Positions 61,853 to 64,000 of a stretch of 64,000 bases of DNA are shown here, in pieces. Position numbers and translations under genes: made by a program. Position 1 is the first letter of the stretch. Each line of letters starts with the position of its first letter. The notes beneath the pieces were generated by a model. That model ran no database searches and had not been told where the DNA came from. It saw only the letters and a list, made by a program, of their open reading frames with translations. Source of the stretch: Mustelus asterias (lineage: Eukaryota); contig NW_027590581.1 in assembly GCF_964213995.1 (NCBI RefSeq), forward strand, positions 124,001-188,000. The letters are read 5' to 3'.

Positions 61853-62673
61853 ACATGTGCTAAGCTGCTTTCCATAACCTAAAATGCATGGAGACAACTA
61901 TGGATTTTTCATCTGGTGTGTCAGCTTGTTCTGATTTCAAAGTTTACAATGAATCCACCGACAGAATCCCCAAAGTTCCTGTCCATTCCTCTCAATTATT
62001 AATTACATTATTCACATCTTCCAATTCTTAGCTTCGCCTCTCCCAAACATTCCAAACTCCTCTTACATCATTCACCTTATTATTCTTTGTTCTTAATAAT
62101 TTAGCCAGGGGTGGGGGGAACTCAACATTTACACTGTCAAACTGTTTCCCAGTTTCCGACTTTTCAGTAAGATCAACTCTGATAATTCTAAACTCCAGAG
62201 CGAACAGACTCATCCCACTGATTCTCTCCTCCCAGGAGAAACGGAGAAATCAATCCAGTGAACCTCGGTTACACACAGACAGCTAAATAATGGACAGAGC
62301 AAGGAGCAAAAGATGTCAACGTAATTAAAACATAGACAGAGAGACTGAGGGAGATATATAGAGACAATGAAAAACAGAAATAGCGAGTGCGGTACACATC
62401 CACAACCCACGAATGAATAGACACACAGCCAGCTGTCTCAACCAACAAACATGGGGTCCTCTAAACTGGTGACCAGAGATAAAGTGAATGGCCACAAGCA
62501 TATTAACCTTTTAATGTCTTGATTTTCTTGTGTGAGTGTTGTGTTGATAAATTGCCTGCACTGTGTGCTCAGGTTCCCCAACCAAATCCCATGTAAACCA
62601 ATCCCAACGTTTGCGCTGAAAATACATTCATAAAACCTATAACTTGTCCAATACGAAACAACAGCTGATTGAG

Positions 62674-62763
62674 GATCGAGCCCGGCATGTTAACCCGAAA
62701 TTGTTCACACGGTTGCAGATGTTTACGCCCCAGGCCTGAGTCATACCTCTCGCCCAACGAGCC
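62674..62763 (-). pseudogene. Decayed paralog of the intron-containing tRNA-Pro
   Basis: ggctcgttgggcgagaggtatgactcaggcctgggg-[cgtaaacatctgcaaccg]-tgtgaacaatttcgggttaac...; same position in the duplicated block, same 18-nt insert length, shared at.tgcaa. Confidence 0.7.
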
Positions 62764-63204
62764 GCTGCTGAATATGTTGTTCAATGAAAATATTTCCATT
62801 GACATCCAAAGCTGCTCAGACTTGTGCAGTAAAGGTGAAAATGCTGGAAAAACTCAGAAAGCCAGACAGCTTGTGTGCGCAGGAAAACAAATCTTATATT
62901 TTAGCTCCATAACCTTTCATTGGGAATAACTGGGATTTTTTAGAAATGTAGGAAGTTTTAAACAAGTGTTATCCAGCTGCATAGCAACAGGGTTTGAGGC
63001 CTCTTGCCGGGTGTAAATCAGAAGAGATTAAATGAGGGAAACAAAGAAATTTAAAGTAATTAAACCACAGAAATGGGCCATTCCTCAGTCCCTTACAGGA
63101 CTCAGTTGTGGTGTGGATGAAGGGGAACCTGTGGATGTAATGTACGTAGATTACATTGGAGCCACAGTGATGAGTTGGTGGGTTTTGAAAATTGAAAGTT
63201 GCAC

Positions 63205-63575
63205 TTAGGAAATAGAATTAGGAGCAGAAGTGGGCAAATTCAGCGCTTTGTGCCTGAACCGTCATGCAATCAGTTCATGACTGATCTCTCCCTGTTCTCA
63301 AATCCACCTCCCTACCCGTTCCAATATCGCCTCATCCCTTTAATTATCAGGAATATATCTGTCTCTTTCTTGAAATCATTGAATGATTCAGACTCAACCG
63401 CGCTATGCGGTAATGCATTCCACAAATTCACGACCCTCAGTGAGAAGCAGTTCCTCCTCATCTCAGTTTTAAATCTAACACCTCTCAACCTATACATTTG
63501 ACATCGTGTTCCCGATTGCGCATAAGAAAAAAGATTTCACTTTCTTCAATCCTATTTAGAATTTTATATACCACG
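63205..63575 (-). mobile_element. CR1-type LINE 3' fragment
   Basis: ORF 63312-63497 FKTEMRRNCFSLRVVNLWNALP; same family as 55130-55405. Confidence 0.75.
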
Positions 63576-64000
63576 ATCACTTCAGCATCTTGTGGGACTA
63601 TTTGACCTCACTGTCGATTTCATGTCCCAGCAAGCACAATCGGTGTTGTCATTCGCTGAAGCAGTCACTTATGTTCCACCGAAACTGGACACATTAAGGG
63701 ATATATGGTAAGTCATTTTGAAAAACACAGTTCACCCGTGACCCTGGGAGTCCAGTGGGTTGTATTCAGTACTCCCCATTGTTGTTTGTTTTCAATTCCC
63801 GCTCAGAGAACGATTATTTATAGCTCTCAGCAAACTATTGAAAAATAACCTGATTTACTATCTGATCGAAAGCAGTTCTACTAATAGCAGCCGAGTGAGT
63901 TTTGCAAGTCTACATCACAGCTGCAAATGTCACATGTGCAACAGGTCAAGAACAAACACAGTAGCAGAAAGATGGTGATAGGCTGCAAAGCGCTGACAAT

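Overview
Eukaryotic, repeat-rich genomic DNA that looks elasmobranch (shark), judging by abundant HE1-type tRNA-derived SINEs, CR1/HER1-type LINE fragments and Penelope-like (GIY-YIG) retroelements. The window appears to be the edge of a T-cell receptor alpha/delta-type locus. It holds one apparently intact TRAV/TRDV segment (minus strand; leader exon, V exon, perfect-heptamer 23-RSS), an oppositely oriented SINE-disrupted TRAV pseudogene, and a decayed IgH-like (VH/TAILV-type) V pseudogene. Left of these are a C2H2 zinc-finger pseudogene with a CpG-rich promoter and an old two-copy segmental duplication; one copy carries an NDUFA5 retrocopy. Right of them is a mostly decayed tRNA cluster (Leu, Thr, Pro, Cys, Val, Glu, Lys). 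The most unusual items are a tRNA-Pro(TGG) gene with an 18-nt canonical-position intron plus a decayed paralog retaining the intron, minimal hammerhead-ribozyme motifs in two retroelement families, and CTCF-like sites around the V genes. Most ORFs in the supplied track are spurious or TE-derived. Repeat boundaries are approximate, and all homology calls are by eye from remembered reference sequences.
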